From assembly GCA_963826535.1 (NCBI GenBank), contig CAWGXL010000011.1, forward strand, positions 192,809 to 256,808: a stretch of DNA of 64,000 nucleotides, in the 5' to 3' direction. Within the stretch, counting starts at the first letter, position 1, and every line of letters starts with the position of its first letter. This stretch comes from an uncultured bacterium (GTDB taxonomy: Bacteria > Patescibacteriota > Microgenomatia > Levybacterales > UBA12049). Of this stretch, positions 1-10,592 are shown in pieces. Made by a program: the position numbers and the translations under genes. The notes beneath the pieces were generated by a model, which worked only from the letters and a program-made list of their open reading frames with translations, made no database searches and was not told the DNA's origin.

Positions 1-764
1 TCAGCAAAATGATTTCCGAAGTCTATTTGCATACAATATTTTTACTTTCGCTCTACCTTGTCGACAGGATCATCATTATAAATGAAGAGTGGGAAAAATC
101 CTTTTCTAATACACATAATGTTTTAAAGAAGTTTAAAAATAAAATATCTATTGCTCCGAATGGAGTGAATAGTAAATTATTTAAACCGTTAAATCTTCCA
201 AGGAATAAAAATACAATTCTATTTATATCGATTCTCGATAAATCGCACAAATTTAAAGGCCTGGATTATTTACTGGAGTCTTTAATTAGTGTTAGAAAAA
301 CACATCCTGACGTTACACTTTGGATTATAGGCGGCGGTGACGATAAGAACTTTTACATACGAAAGACAAAAAAATTAGGACTTGCCAAAAACGTGAAATT
401 CTTAGGGCAAATGAGGCAATCTGACCTCTCGAGTTACTATAACAAGGCTTGCATGTTAGTATTGCCTTCAACAAGCCAGGAGGGTTTTGGAAATGTGTTA
501 TTAGAAGCCAATTCTTGTGAAATTCCCGTAATTACAACCGGTATTGTCGGGATAGCTAAAGAGATACAGCAATATAAATGCGGGCTGATAGTTAAAATAA
601 AAGATTCAACTCAATTAGCTCATGCCATTGTGAAGTTGTTGGATGATCCCATATTAAGAAAAAGCATGGGGGGAAATGGGAGAAAATTGATTAAAAGTAA
701 ATACAATTGGGAAGGAATTGCCAACACGAATATAAGTGTTTATAAGGAGATTCTCAATAAATGA
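1..764 (+). CDS. Glycosyltransferase family 4 (GT-B fold), C-terminal part. The 5' end is probably truncated by the window edge.
   Basis: Translation contains the GT4 C-domain signature EGFGNVLLEANSCEIPVITT and ISIAPNGVNSKLF. The ORF runs to the window edge. Confidence 0.7.
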   Translation, partial: SKMISEVYLHTIFLLSLYLVDRIIIINEEWEKSFSNTHNVLKKFKNKISIAPNGVNSKLFKPLNLPRNKNTILFISILDKSHKFKGLDYLLESLISVRKTHPDVTLWIIGGGDDKNFYIRKTKKLGLAKNVKFLGQMRQSDLSSYYNKACMLVLPSTSQEGFGNVLLEANSCEIPVITTGIVGIAKEIQQYKCGLIVKIKDSTQLAHAIVKLLDDPILRKSMGGNGRKLIKSKYNWEGIANTNISVYKEILNK

Positions 765-2623
765 AAATAGTGCAAGTTGTTGCTTACTACCCTCCAAATA
801 TTGGCGGTTTACAAAATTGTGTTAAAGAAATTTCCGAAAGGCTCGTTGAAAAAGGCCACATAGTAGAAGTTTTTACTTCTGATATAGATTGTAAGAATGG
901 AAAACAAAAATCATCAAGAAACAATAAAATTAATTATTTAAAAGGTTGGCAATTTGCTCATTCTGCAATCATACCTTCTCTTCTCTTAAGACTAGCTCTA
1001 AATGTAAATAATTCAATTATTCATGTACACGTTGCTCATGTTCTGATTCCGGAAATAGTTTACTTGGTTTCAAAAATTAGAAATATTCCCTACATAGCTA
1101 ATATTCATTCGGATGTTGAAAGTTCGGGAAAATTTGGTTTTCTTTTAAAGCCGTACAAAAAATATATCTTGAAGTATGTTTTAAAAAATGCCTCAAGAGT
1201 AGTTTGCGCAACAGCAGATCAGAGAAAAATAATTATTAATAAATATAAACTTATAGCGAGTAAAGTCGTAGTCATACCGGATGGAGTTGGAGAAGAACAT
1301 TTTATAAAAAGAAAAAAATTTGTTAAAAGAACCCCTAGAATTTTAAATGTCGGGAGATTTGATGTAATAAAAAATATTCCGCTTTTAATAAATTCAGTTT
1401 CAAAAATGCGAGAAGATGTAATTTTAGATTTGGTTGGGGATGGGGAAAGAAGAAGAGAGATAGAGAAAGCAATTGAAGAAAAAAAATTAAAAAATGTACA
1501 TATGCACGGTATGAGAGCAAAGAAAGAAATTATTAGTTTTTATAAAAATGCGGATGTTTTTGTAATATCCTCTCATAAGGAGGGTCTTTCAATTGCAGTG
1601 CTTGAAGCGATGGCAGCAGGGCTTCCAATAATTGGTACTAATGTTCCGGGAATCAGGGATTTAATAAAAGATGTTGGAATTTTGGTACCTGACAATAATC
1701 CAAAAAAACTAGCAGTAGCAATAGACTCACTAGTATCCAACAAAAAATTGCAAAAGGAGTTATCAAGCAAATCACTAAATGCTGCCAGAAAATATAAATG
1801 GAATGAGAATGTCCGAAAATTTGAAAAAATTTACAAAGACGTGCTGGAAGAAAAGAGTAATGGCGACAAACAGGTAATAGTAACTACAAGTTGGGACGAC
1901 GGGCATATTTTGGATTTAAAACTCGCAAAACTTTTAAAGAAATATGGCATCAAGGCAACTTTTTATATTCCTCCGAAAAATCGGGAAATCCTTAAAAAGG
2001 ATTTGTTGTCGGATGACAATATAAAAAGTCTTTCAAATGATTTTGAAATAGGTTCACACACAATGACACATCCGAGATTAACCGACGTAAGCAAAAAAGA
2101 AGCGTTAAAAGAAATTGTCGAATCCAAAAAATATTTGGAAGATTTAATTGGGAAAAAAATAAATCTGTTTTGTTATCCCGGAGGAGAATATAACCATGAG
2201 ATAAAAAACTTAGTTAAGAAAGCGGGTTTTTTGGGAGCAAGAACCACGAAGCAGATGATAACTTGCGACCCGAAAGACCTTTTTGAAATTGGCACAACAA
2301 TTCATGATTTTCCTCTTTCACCTCGGGTAGTTGCCGGTAGGATTAAACATGCAATTAAAAATAACATTAGACTCGCTCCAATGTTGTTGACAAGAGATTG
2401 GGCCAGGATGGCGATAAATACTTTTGATTATGTAAATAAAAACGGCGGCATTTGGCATTTGTGGGGGCATTCCTGGATGGTAGAAAAATATAAAGATTGG
2501 GACAAGCTAGAGAAAGTTCTGAGCTATGTAAGCCGAAAAAATAGAGTTAAATATCTGACAAATTCAAAGACTATTTTGGAATTTCATCAGAATAAATTGG
2601 GTAAAAAAAGCTATAAAAAATGA
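761..2623 (+). CDS. Bifunctional glycosyltransferase family 4 (N-terminal) fused to a polysaccharide deacetylase, CE4/NodB-type (C-terminal)
   Basis: N-terminal half has the GT4 motif EGLSIAVLEAMAAGLPIIGT. C-terminal 250 aa has the CE4 motifs TTSWDDGH (TFDDG-like), GSHTMTHP (HxxxHP) and LFCYPGG. The 4-nt start overlap with the upstream GT indicates an operon. Confidence 0.7.
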   Translation: MKIVQVVAYYPPNIGGLQNCVKEISERLVEKGHIVEVFTSDIDCKNGKQKSSRNNKINYLKGWQFAHSAIIPSLLLRLALNVNNSIIHVHVAHVLIPEIVYLVSKIRNIPYIANIHSDVESSGKFGFLLKPYKKYILKYVLKNASRVVCATADQRKIIINKYKLIASKVVVIPDGVGEEHFIKRKKFVKRTPRILNVGRFDVIKNIPLLINSVSKMREDVILDLVGDGERRREIEKAIEEKKLKNVHMHGMRAKKEIISFYKNADVFVISSHKEGLSIAVLEAMAAGLPIIGTNVPGIRDLIKDVGILVPDNNPKKLAVAIDSLVSNKKLQKELSSKSLNAARKYKWNENVRKFEKIYKDVLEEKSNGDKQVIVTTSWDDGHILDLKLAKLLKKYGIKATFYIPPKNREILKKDLLSDDNIKSLSNDFEIGSHTMTHPRLTDVSKKEALKEIVESKKYLEDLIGKKINLFCYPGGEYNHEIKNLVKKAGFLGARTTKQMITCDPKDLFEIGTTIHDFPLSPRVVAGRIKHAIKNNIRLAPMLLTRDWARMAINTFDYVNKNGGIWHLWGHSWMVEKYKDWDKLEKVLSYVSRKNRVKYLTNSKTILEFHQNKLGKKSYKK

Positions 2624-4935
2624 TAATAAATAGAAATAAATTATTTTCAGGGATTTTGCTATTTGCATTGATAACCGGTCTCTTGGTTTTTTTCGATATC
2701 AAATATTTATATCTTAGAGCGATTTTTTCGTTTCTCTTTTTGACATTTGTTCCGGGTTTTTTGGTAATGTTGATGCTTAAAGTCAGAAGAGTCGGTGGTT
2801 GGGAATATATAGCTTATACACTCGGTCTAAGTCTTTCATATTTAATATTTGTCGGTCTGGCTATAAACTGGATATTTCCGTGGCTGCAAATTACCGATAA
2901 GCCTCTTGCTTTGACGCCATTACTTTTCAGCTTCTATGTAACTCTCTCACTTGTCGGACTTATCGGTTATATACGAAATAAAAATATACCGTTTACAGTG
3001 AAATTCCCAAAGCTGGATCGTGTAAGTAATATCTTATTTATAATCCCTACCACTTTTCCAATACTGAGTATATTAGGAGCGAATACTCTTAATAACGGAG
3101 GTTCAAATTATTTAACAATGCTAACGCTTGGCGGAATTGCCGCTTTTGTTCTATTTGTAGTTTTAATAAGGGATAAATTAAAAGAAAACATTTACCCATG
3201 GTCAATTTTGATGATTTCCCTTTCATTGCTGTTAATGTTCTCTATGAGAAGCTGGCACATAATTGGGTGGGACATTAATCAGGAGTATGAAATGTTTAAA
3301 ACAGCAGCGCAAAACTTCCGCTGGAGCATGTCGGACTTTCCCAGACAGCCTTACAATGCCTGCTTGAGCATAACTATTCTTCCGACAATTCTGAATGCTT
3401 TTATGGATATCAATGACGAATATATTTTCAAACTATTTTCTCAAATTATTTTTTCATTTTCCGGCCTTGCGGTTTTCCTATTTCTTAAAAAATACGCGTA
3501 CAATGTCATTATATATTTGGCAAGTTTCTTCTTCATTGCCCAACCACAGTACATAATGGAAATGCCAACTCTTGTAAGGCAAGAGTTTGCCCTTCTTTTT
3601 TTCATTCTGTCCTTACTTGTTTTGTTTAACAACGCTATTAATTCAAAATTAAAAAATACCTTGTTTATTATTTTCGGGTTCTCAACTGTTGTTTCGCATT
3701 ACTCAACAGCATATATAACTACGACACTTTTTACCTTGATATATTTGGGAAGTTTAATGTATAGAAAAACTGAGAATAAGAAAATAATTTCTACTTTTTA
3801 CCGGAAACTTAGATTGAAAGGACGTAATAAGTTCGATAAGGCAAAGTATCATCTCAATGGGTTTTTGGTTATTGCACTCATTGTCTTCTCTTTTCTATGG
3901 CTTAATCAAGTAACAAAGGTATCGGATAGCTTGGTTGAATTGAGTCAGAAAACGCTCGTTAATATGGGAAGAATGTTTAGCGATGATATGCGAGTAGAAC
4001 ATACTTCTTTACTTAACCAATTCAATATACTTTATAAACCAAAAGATCAAGGAGAACTTTTAAAAAGTTATTTTAATAAAATAAATCTTGATTCTAGAGA
4101 TAGAAACTCAAGTTTATATTATCCTGCTTCACAATATTCATCATATAAACCTAAAGTTATTAATTCGAAAATTTTACCTTCAAATATTGACCCCGATTTT
4201 ACGCCCAAAATATTCATATTCTTAAGAATTATTGAAGTCTCCATCAAGTTATTGTTATTGGTCGGAATTTATTATATGGTAGTTACTAAATATAAAAACC
4301 AAAAGATGAATATAGAAATGGTGTTAATGATTATACTATCCGCATTTATAGTGGGAGCTGTGACCGTATTGCCGGTAGTATCTCTGCATTATCCTATTGA
4401 AAGATTATACCAACAAGCTTTAATTGCACTTTCCCTGCCGACAGTATTGGGGAGTTTATTTATTTTCAGACGTTTAGTAAATGAAAAAGTGGCAATAAGG
4501 ATTTCTGCTGTAATTCTGATAATACACTTTCTGTACGTATCGGGATTTATCCCACAGCTTGTTGGGGGATCAGAATCGCATGTAACTTTGAATAATTTTG
4601 GAAGAATATATGATCAAGTTCATACCAATGATGCTACCGTAATGTCAATTACTTGGTTGGCCAAAGAAAATAAACAACAAGCTCTTGTTCAGGCCGATAT
4701 ACACGGTCATTGGAGATTACAAGCATACGCCCTTACAAAAGATCCTTTGGCAGAGGTTATTCCACAAGTAATAAAGAAAGATGCATACGTCTATTCAAAT
4801 TACATAAATACAACTAAAAAACAAGGCTTCATAGCAGAGCTTGGCGTTGACATAGCGTATAACTTCCCTACTCTTTTTTTGAGCGAGAATAAAAATAAAA
4901 TTTATTCAAACGGTAGCACGGAGGTATTTAAATGA
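2620..4935 (+). CDS. Large polytopic membrane protein, more than 12 predicted TM helices, possibly an oligosaccharide polymerase-like or DUF2206-type protein
   Basis: 771 aa with hydrophobic helices throughout the N-terminal 600 aa. It lies inside the glycan locus and has overlapping start/stop with its neighbours. No specific motif was recognised. Confidence 0.35.
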   Translation: MIINRNKLFSGILLFALITGLLVFFDIKYLYLRAIFSFLFLTFVPGFLVMLMLKVRRVGGWEYIAYTLGLSLSYLIFVGLAINWIFPWLQITDKPLALTPLLFSFYVTLSLVGLIGYIRNKNIPFTVKFPKLDRVSNILFIIPTTFPILSILGANTLNNGGSNYLTMLTLGGIAAFVLFVVLIRDKLKENIYPWSILMISLSLLLMFSMRSWHIIGWDINQEYEMFKTAAQNFRWSMSDFPRQPYNACLSITILPTILNAFMDINDEYIFKLFSQIIFSFSGLAVFLFLKKYAYNVIIYLASFFFIAQPQYIMEMPTLVRQEFALLFFILSLLVLFNNAINSKLKNTLFIIFGFSTVVSHYSTAYITTTLFTLIYLGSLMYRKTENKKIISTFYRKLRLKGRNKFDKAKYHLNGFLVIALIVFSFLWLNQVTKVSDSLVELSQKTLVNMGRMFSDDMRVEHTSLLNQFNILYKPKDQGELLKSYFNKINLDSRDRNSSLYYPASQYSSYKPKVINSKILPSNIDPDFTPKIFIFLRIIEVSIKLLLLVGIYYMVVTKYKNQKMNIEMVLMIILSAFIVGAVTVLPVVSLHYPIERLYQQALIALSLPTVLGSLFIFRRLVNEKVAIRISAVILIIHFLYVSGFIPQLVGGSESHVTLNNFGRIYDQVHTNDATVMSITWLAKENKQQALVQADIHGHWRLQAYALTKDPLAEVIPQVIKKDAYVYSNYINTTKKQGFIAELGVDIAYNFPTLFLSENKNKIYSNGSTEVFK

Positions 4936-5987
4936 ATATAGGAATCGTTCTGGTTTCGGATGAGTGGGCAGGAGCCGAAAGAGTCGTATATAATTTGTCA
5001 AAAAACTTGTCAAAAATAAAGGGAGTAAGCGTTACTCTTTTTATTAATCAGGAAGTTTTTAAATTATACGATAATGTCGGAGTTAAAAGAGTAAATATTG
5101 GTAAATATTCAAACTCAAATAAGCTCGTACACTTAATAAGCTACCTTATTCTAAAAAGAAATCTAAAAAAAGAGATTAAAAAAAGAAATATTGATGTATT
5201 AAATTCACATATGGAAATGTCCTATTTAATTTCCCCCAAAGAGAATTTAATCATAGTAAATCATGGGGATGATATTAAAAACCTTCTAAATCCTCCAAGC
5301 TTATTTAGCAAACTATTTATTCAAAGATTATCTAAGTCCCGTTTTGATGCATGTGAAAAAATAATCAGCGTTTCTAATTGGCAAAAACAAAAATTACCAA
5401 AAATATATAAAGAAAAAACCGTCGTAATTCCAAATGGCATAAACACAAAGGTGTTTAAAAAATTAAGAAACATTAAGCAAGAAAAAGCCATTCTTTTTAC
5501 AGGTAGATATATTGAGAGAAAAGGGTTCTTGGAGGTTTTGAAAGTTGCCGGTAAGCTTCCTCAGTACAAGTTTTGGTTCGCAGGATTCGGACGTTTGGAA
5601 AATAAAATTAATTTACCCAATACGGTCAATCTGGGATTTAAAAATACAGATGAATTGGTCAAATTATACAACCAAGTAGAGCTTTGTATTTTTCCGGCAC
5701 TCTGGGAGGCCTTTCCACTCTGTGGATTAGAAGCTATGGCATGCGGCAGAGCTGTTATTGCAACTCCTTTGGGATTCTCGGAATATATTGAAAACGGAAA
5801 AGACGGACTTATTGTCCCTTCAAAGAATACTGAGGTTTTAAAAAAAACTATTTTGCAAGTGATGAACGACAGCAAATTGAGAAAAAAATTGGAGAAAAAT
5901 GCAAGGGCAAAAGCTTCTCAATATTCATGGGACAAAGTGGCAGTCTCTTATTTGAAAGTGTTTACAAATATTAAATATGGAGATTAA
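4932..5987 (+). CDS. Glycosyltransferase family 4
   Basis: C-domain motif EAFPLCGLEAMACGRAVIATPLGFSEYIENGKDGLIV. Translationally coupled to flanking genes. Confidence 0.75.
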   Translation: MNIGIVLVSDEWAGAERVVYNLSKNLSKIKGVSVTLFINQEVFKLYDNVGVKRVNIGKYSNSNKLVHLISYLILKRNLKKEIKKRNIDVLNSHMEMSYLISPKENLIIVNHGDDIKNLLNPPSLFSKLFIQRLSKSRFDACEKIISVSNWQKQKLPKIYKEKTVVIPNGINTKVFKKLRNIKQEKAILFTGRYIERKGFLEVLKVAGKLPQYKFWFAGFGRLENKINLPNTVNLGFKNTDELVKLYNQVELCIFPALWEAFPLCGLEAMACGRAVIATPLGFSEYIENGKDGLIVPSKNTEVLKKTILQVMNDSKLRKKLEKNARAKASQYSWDKVAVSYLKVFTNIKYGD

Positions 5988-7113
5988 AAATATATTTCAA
6001 AAATTGTCCATTAATAATAATCTCCATAAACCCGGAAATTATAGCTATACTGCCGATGTAATTCGCGTAATTGCAATAATGATGGTTCTCGCAATACATG
6101 TTTTTGGAACAATTATTTATTATAAAAATTATTTTGGAAGTTCAATTTGGTGGTTTGCAAACATTATTAATTCAATCGCACAAATATCCGTACCCTTATT
6201 CGTCATGCTTTCCGGGTATTTATTGTTGAGTAGTTCGAAATCCTATGGCGTGGGGGAGTTCTATAAAAGAAGAATAAAAAGAATAGGAGTGCCTTATATT
6301 GCATGGGCCATAATTTATTTAATACTGCAGTACGGCTTTTTAAGGGAGAGATTTTCTTTCCCCGACGTTTTAAGCAGAGTAATTAATGGTTCGGCATATT
6401 TTCATTTATACTTTGTAAATATAATCCTCGGTTTGTACCTCATTACTCCGGTACTCAAGAAATTTATAAGTTCGACTTCATCTAACATTCAGAGATACAT
6501 TTTAGCCGGGCTTTTTTCCGGTGTCTTTTTAATATATTTAATTAATTATATATTACGGCCGGCAGTTGACCCTTTTGACGGTTTAGGTATATTTATTCCC
6601 TACATTCCTTATTACCTTGCGGGGTATTATCTAAGGAATATAAAAATTTCAAAAAGAGCATTTTACTTAAGTTCTATTTTCGTTGTTGTCTTAATATCTC
6701 TAACGACAATATTGAATTATAAAAATATGCAGGCATTCGGTTGGGTAAACGTATTCAGTCCGAGAGGAGGATTTGATTATTTTTATCAGCATTTCAGTCT
6801 CAATGTAATCCTGATGTCCCTATTAGGATTCGTATTGTTGCATAATATGCCTTCACTATTCTCAAAAATAAGGACTCCGCTACTTAAAAAATCCGTATTT
6901 TTCGTTGCACCTCTCGTCTTTGGCATATATTTAATTCACCCCTTACTTATTGTTTTTATCGAACGCGTCCTTAAAGACCACGGCTTGTTATATTTCCAGG
7001 GAGAGCTCGTTTGGGCATTGTCATTCTTAAAATTTGTAATCGTATTTTTGATCTCCGGCTCAATTGTATATTTCGGCAAGAAAATTAAATACATAAATAA
7101 TATTTTTGGATGA
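5977..7113 (+). CDS. Acyltransferase family 3 (membrane O-acyl/acetyltransferase, OatA-like)
   Basis: About 10 TM helices. N-terminal VIAIMMVLAIHVFG and overall architecture are typical of acyltransferase_3. Confidence 0.65.
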   Translation: MEIKNIFQKLSINNNLHKPGNYSYTADVIRVIAIMMVLAIHVFGTIIYYKNYFGSSIWWFANIINSIAQISVPLFVMLSGYLLLSSSKSYGVGEFYKRRIKRIGVPYIAWAIIYLILQYGFLRERFSFPDVLSRVINGSAYFHLYFVNIILGLYLITPVLKKFISSTSSNIQRYILAGLFSGVFLIYLINYILRPAVDPFDGLGIFIPYIPYYLAGYYLRNIKISKRAFYLSSIFVVVLISLTTILNYKNMQAFGWVNVFSPRGGFDYFYQHFSLNVILMSLLGFVLLHNMPSLFSKIRTPLLKKSVFFVAPLVFGIYLIHPLLIVFIERVLKDHGLLYFQGELVWALSFLKFVIVFLISGSIVYFGKKIKYINNIFG

Positions 7114-8060
7114 TAGAAATTTTGGTTAAGGTTAAAAATAGAGTCGGTATCAAATTTCCCTTATTGACGGCTGTAGCTTATCAACTGCTCGGTAAAGAAA
7201 GAAGAGGGTTTGTTCCTGGCTCGGCAAGATATTGTTATTCCGTATGGTTACGGCATCTGGTCTTGATCTGCGAGAACGGGCTTTGTGCAAAATTAGATAC
7301 TGTCGGGGAACTCGGGCCCGGTGATTCATTCGGTGTGGGACTCGCTGCAATGTTATCCGGAGTAAATAAATACTATGCTTTTGATGTTGACAAGCACGCG
7401 AGTAGTCAAAAAAGTATTGAGATTCTTGATGAGTTGGTTGAGCTATTCCGCAAGCATGAGAATATTCCGGATGAAGACGAATTTCCGGAAGTAAAACCGA
7501 ATCTTGCCTCTTATGAATTTCCCAAAAAAATATTAACGGATGAATTACTTAACAAATCTCTGGCCAAAGATAGAGTCGCAAGTATTCGGAATGCTATTTT
7601 AAATAAAAGCAGGGATAAAAAGGTTGAAATAAAATATTTTGTCCCTTGGAATGATCTCAAGATTTTGAAAGAGAATTCGGTAGACTTAATTTTCTCTCAA
7701 GCGGTCCTGGAATATATCGAAAATCTTCCTCACGCTTATCAAGCGATGTATTATTGGTTAAAACCGGGAGGCATAATATCTCATACAATAGATTTCAGAT
7801 CTCATGGAACAGCAAGGAGATGGAATGGGCATTGGGCTCATTCGGATTTTATTTGGAATTTGATGAAGGGTAAGATAAACAGGCAGCCACATTCTGTATA
7901 TATTAATTATTTAAAAAAATATGGATATAAAATTGTTTGTGACAAAGTTGACAATAATGCAACCGGAATTAATAGAAAAAAACTTGCCAGCACATTTAAA
8001 AATTTATCTGATGAGGATTTAGTTACAAGCGGAGCTTTTATTCAAGCAGTTAAAGAATAA
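7110..8060 (+). CDS. Class I SAM-dependent methyltransferase
   Basis: Motif I LDTVGELGPGDSFGVGLAAMLSG. Motif-II/III-like DLIFSQAVLEYIENL ... LKPGGII. Confidence 0.55.
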   Translation: MIEILVKVKNRVGIKFPLLTAVAYQLLGKERRGFVPGSARYCYSVWLRHLVLICENGLCAKLDTVGELGPGDSFGVGLAAMLSGVNKYYAFDVDKHASSQKSIEILDELVELFRKHENIPDEDEFPEVKPNLASYEFPKKILTDELLNKSLAKDRVASIRNAILNKSRDKKVEIKYFVPWNDLKILKENSVDLIFSQAVLEYIENLPHAYQAMYYWLKPGGIISHTIDFRSHGTARRWNGHWAHSDFIWNLMKGKINRQPHSVYINYLKKYGYKIVCDKVDNNATGINRKKLASTFKNLSDEDLVTSGAFIQAVKE

Positions 8061-8092
8061 TGCATTTCCTAAATTGAAGATTTAAAAGGAGG

Positions 8093-9373
8093 CTATATAG
8101 TTTTTTTTGCGGAGGACTTATTAATAAAAAAGTTATATTTCCAAAGTATTATTAAGTATATAAGAGAAGTAATCGCTTCTCCGATCAGCCAACCCACTCC
8201 TACGCCATGCAAATTTGTTTTAATGAAAAGTAAGCTTAATGAAATAATCAAAAAAGCATTAATTATGTTTAAAAAAATCAGTAGCGATACTTTATGTTTT
8301 ATATAAAAAATAGAATTACCTATATAATTTATAGAAACAAAGATTCCGCTGAGCGCTAGTAACTGCAAGAAAATGACTCCTTCGCTTGAATATTCCTTTC
8401 CAAATGCTAAAAGAATATATTTTCCAAATAAAATTGTGATGGTAATTGAAGGTATAAGAAGTAAGGCTATTATTTTCACTGTTTTCTTAAGATGTGCTTT
8501 CAGGTAATTTTCGCTGCGGGAACCTTCTGCAAATAGGGATTGAGAAACAGCCATTGGTATTGAATAGAGAAGACTTGCAATCATCATGTCCATATAAAAA
8601 TATGCTGAAAATTTAGCTCCGATAGAATTTAATATTAATATCGGTAAAACCATCGCCGGTAATCCTCCGATAAATCCGGCAATATAATTTCCTAATGAGA
8701 ATTTAAACAATTTTTTTATAATACTCCCGTTTATTGTTAGTTTTAAAAAATAATTAAATTTTAAGATTAATAACAATAAGGTAAATGCAAAACCGACGGC
8801 ATAAGATATTCCTACTGACATAAAAATTCCGTATGCACCAAACGTAATCAGGAATATTGGAAGAGCTAATTTTACAACACTTAATAATATGGTTTTTATA
8901 AGAACGTATTTTGAAGATCTATAGGCTATAAAAATACTTTCGCTATTTTGGTTTAATGCAGATGCAACCACAAATAAGATGAATAATAAGGACAGAATAA
9001 CATCATCTTTAATAAAAGTAAGCGTTGGTGAAATGAATTTTACATTAATTAAAAAGAACAAAGCACCAACTATGGATGCAATACAAATGAGGGTAAATGT
9101 GGTATTTATTGTTTCGTTTTTTGACTTAGAAATCGGCAAATAGCGGACTAAGCTCGTTCCAAGACCAAGGGAGCTAAAGCTTGCGATTAATGCGACAACT
9201 GAAATAAGAGTTGTAGCAATTCCTACTTGTTCTGAGGAAAACAGTCTTGCATTGATAATCCAAAAGAAAAACCCTAAGAAGGCCATCACCCCCGTACTTA
9301 ACATCAAAAATATTGAATTTCTAAATAGGGAGTCTTTTGCCAATTGTTGGTAATAGTTTGAAATTATTTCCAT
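8093..9373 (-). CDS. Polysaccharide/oligosaccharide flippase (MOP superfamily, Wzx-like)
   Basis: 426 aa with about 12 TM helices, in glycan locus context. Architecture is typical of Wzx/PST family. Confidence 0.6.
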   Translation of the reverse strand: MEIISNYYQQLAKDSLFRNSIFLMLSTGVMAFLGFFFWIINARLFSSEQVGIATTLISVVALIASFSSLGLGTSLVRYLPISKSKNETINTTFTLICIASIVGALFFLINVKFISPTLTFIKDDVILSLLFILFVVASALNQNSESIFIAYRSSKYVLIKTILLSVVKLALPIFLITFGAYGIFMSVGISYAVGFAFTLLLLILKFNYFLKLTINGSIIKKLFKFSLGNYIAGFIGGLPAMVLPILILNSIGAKFSAYFYMDMMIASLLYSIPMAVSQSLFAEGSRSENYLKAHLKKTVKIIALLLIPSITITILFGKYILLAFGKEYSSEGVIFLQLLALSGIFVSINYIGNSIFYIKHKVSLLIFLNIINAFLIISLSLLFIKTNLHGVGVGWLIGEAITSLIYLIILWKYNFFINKSSAKKTI

Positions 9374-9425
9374 TTATAAATAAAATTATGTTGGGCATTT
9401 TAGCGTAATGTAACTTGTTATGAAA

Positions 9426-10319
9426 TTAAAACAACCTTACTTTTTTAAAAAATTGTTTGTTTGAAAAAGTATTAGTATGAAGTTCACGAATACCGAGAAT
9501 ATAGTTTCTGGATTGTAATGGAAGATGAAAAAAGATTTTTTTTAACAAATTTTTTAGGTGGGTTTTTATAAAATTGTTCTCAAGTTGCTTATTTTTGTTT
9601 TCGTACATAGTTAAATAATCGGATTGCATGGGAGGACTTGAAAATATGGGTTTTAGTTCAGTTCTTATGGCATGAATCATTATGGTTACAGGTTTTTTTG
9701 ATATTAAACTTACCCTACGTTTCAAAAAAGCCGGGTCAGTCACAGAATAGCATTTAACTCGGGTACTTAACTCAGGACCCGAGAAGGGGTGTTCTACAAC
9801 TATTATATCCTTAATTTCAAAACCATTTGTTTGCTGAAGTATCCTAAAAAATAATTCCGGGCTGAATTGATAAAATCCATGTCCGAAGTGATTGTTTGCC
9901 ATGGAAAAAATAAAAAAACTTCCTCCTTTTTTAACCATTTTCATACAGTTTTCTATAGCTACTGGGAAATTGAATATATGTTCCAGAGATCCACCATCAA
10001 TAACGACATCAAACTTTTCGTAATAGTTTGCACCTATTGGCTTATTCATGTCATGGATAATTTCGCTTCCTTCATAATCGGAGAAGTCGAGGCTTTTTAC
10101 ATCTTTTGCACCGAGAAAAGATTTTAAAAAGTTATCAGCATATTCTTCGTATGAAAATTTAGCTGTCCCAATGTTTATGTCGTAGAATTTACTTAGATGC
10201 TCTATTTTTTTCTGCGAAACATATAATGTTTGATGACCAATGGTTAATATCTTATCGAAACGTATATTATTTTTTTTTGCTTTAGCAAGTAAAGCAACAT
10301 CGTGATATGCGAGTCCCAT
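9426..10319 (-). CDS. Putative SAM-dependent methyltransferase (Methyltransf_11/23-like)
   Basis: Segment VVIDGGSLEHIFNFPVAIENCMKMVKKGGSF resembles the post-motif-II region of class I methyltransferases. No clean motif I was seen. Confidence 0.4.
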   Translation of the reverse strand: MGLAYHDVALLAKAKKNNIRFDKILTIGHQTLYVSQKKIEHLSKFYDINIGTAKFSYEEYADNFLKSFLGAKDVKSLDFSDYEGSEIIHDMNKPIGANYYEKFDVVIDGGSLEHIFNFPVAIENCMKMVKKGGSFFIFSMANNHFGHGFYQFSPELFFRILQQTNGFEIKDIIVVEHPFSGPELSTRVKCYSVTDPAFLKRRVSLISKKPVTIMIHAIRTELKPIFSSPPMQSDYLTMYENKNKQLENNFIKTHLKNLLKKIFFHLPLQSRNYILGIRELHTNTFSNKQFFKKVRLF

Positions 10320-10592
10320 TATTTCCTCCTTTTATACTTAGTGTTTTGTATTTTTTTCATATTGATTTAATTTAATTCAAATACTCCAGTACGAATATAA
10401 AAGTGTCCAGTAAATCCTGCGCAACTTGAACAGAGTTCTTATACAAAAAATCATTTTTGAAATGATAGTATTGGACAATAAGAGATTATACACTAAAGTA
10501 TACGCAGGCACAACTTTTATAAGCTTTACTATCTTAATGATAAAATTAAAATGATATAAACTAATACTGTTTGAAAATATTGGAAAAATTAG

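Noticed and set aside
10320-10592. GAACAGAGTTC in the intergenic region, looked at as a possible LexA box
   Set aside because: The spacing is GAAC-N3-GTTC, not the N4 of the Cheo box, and no SOS-type gene is adjacent.
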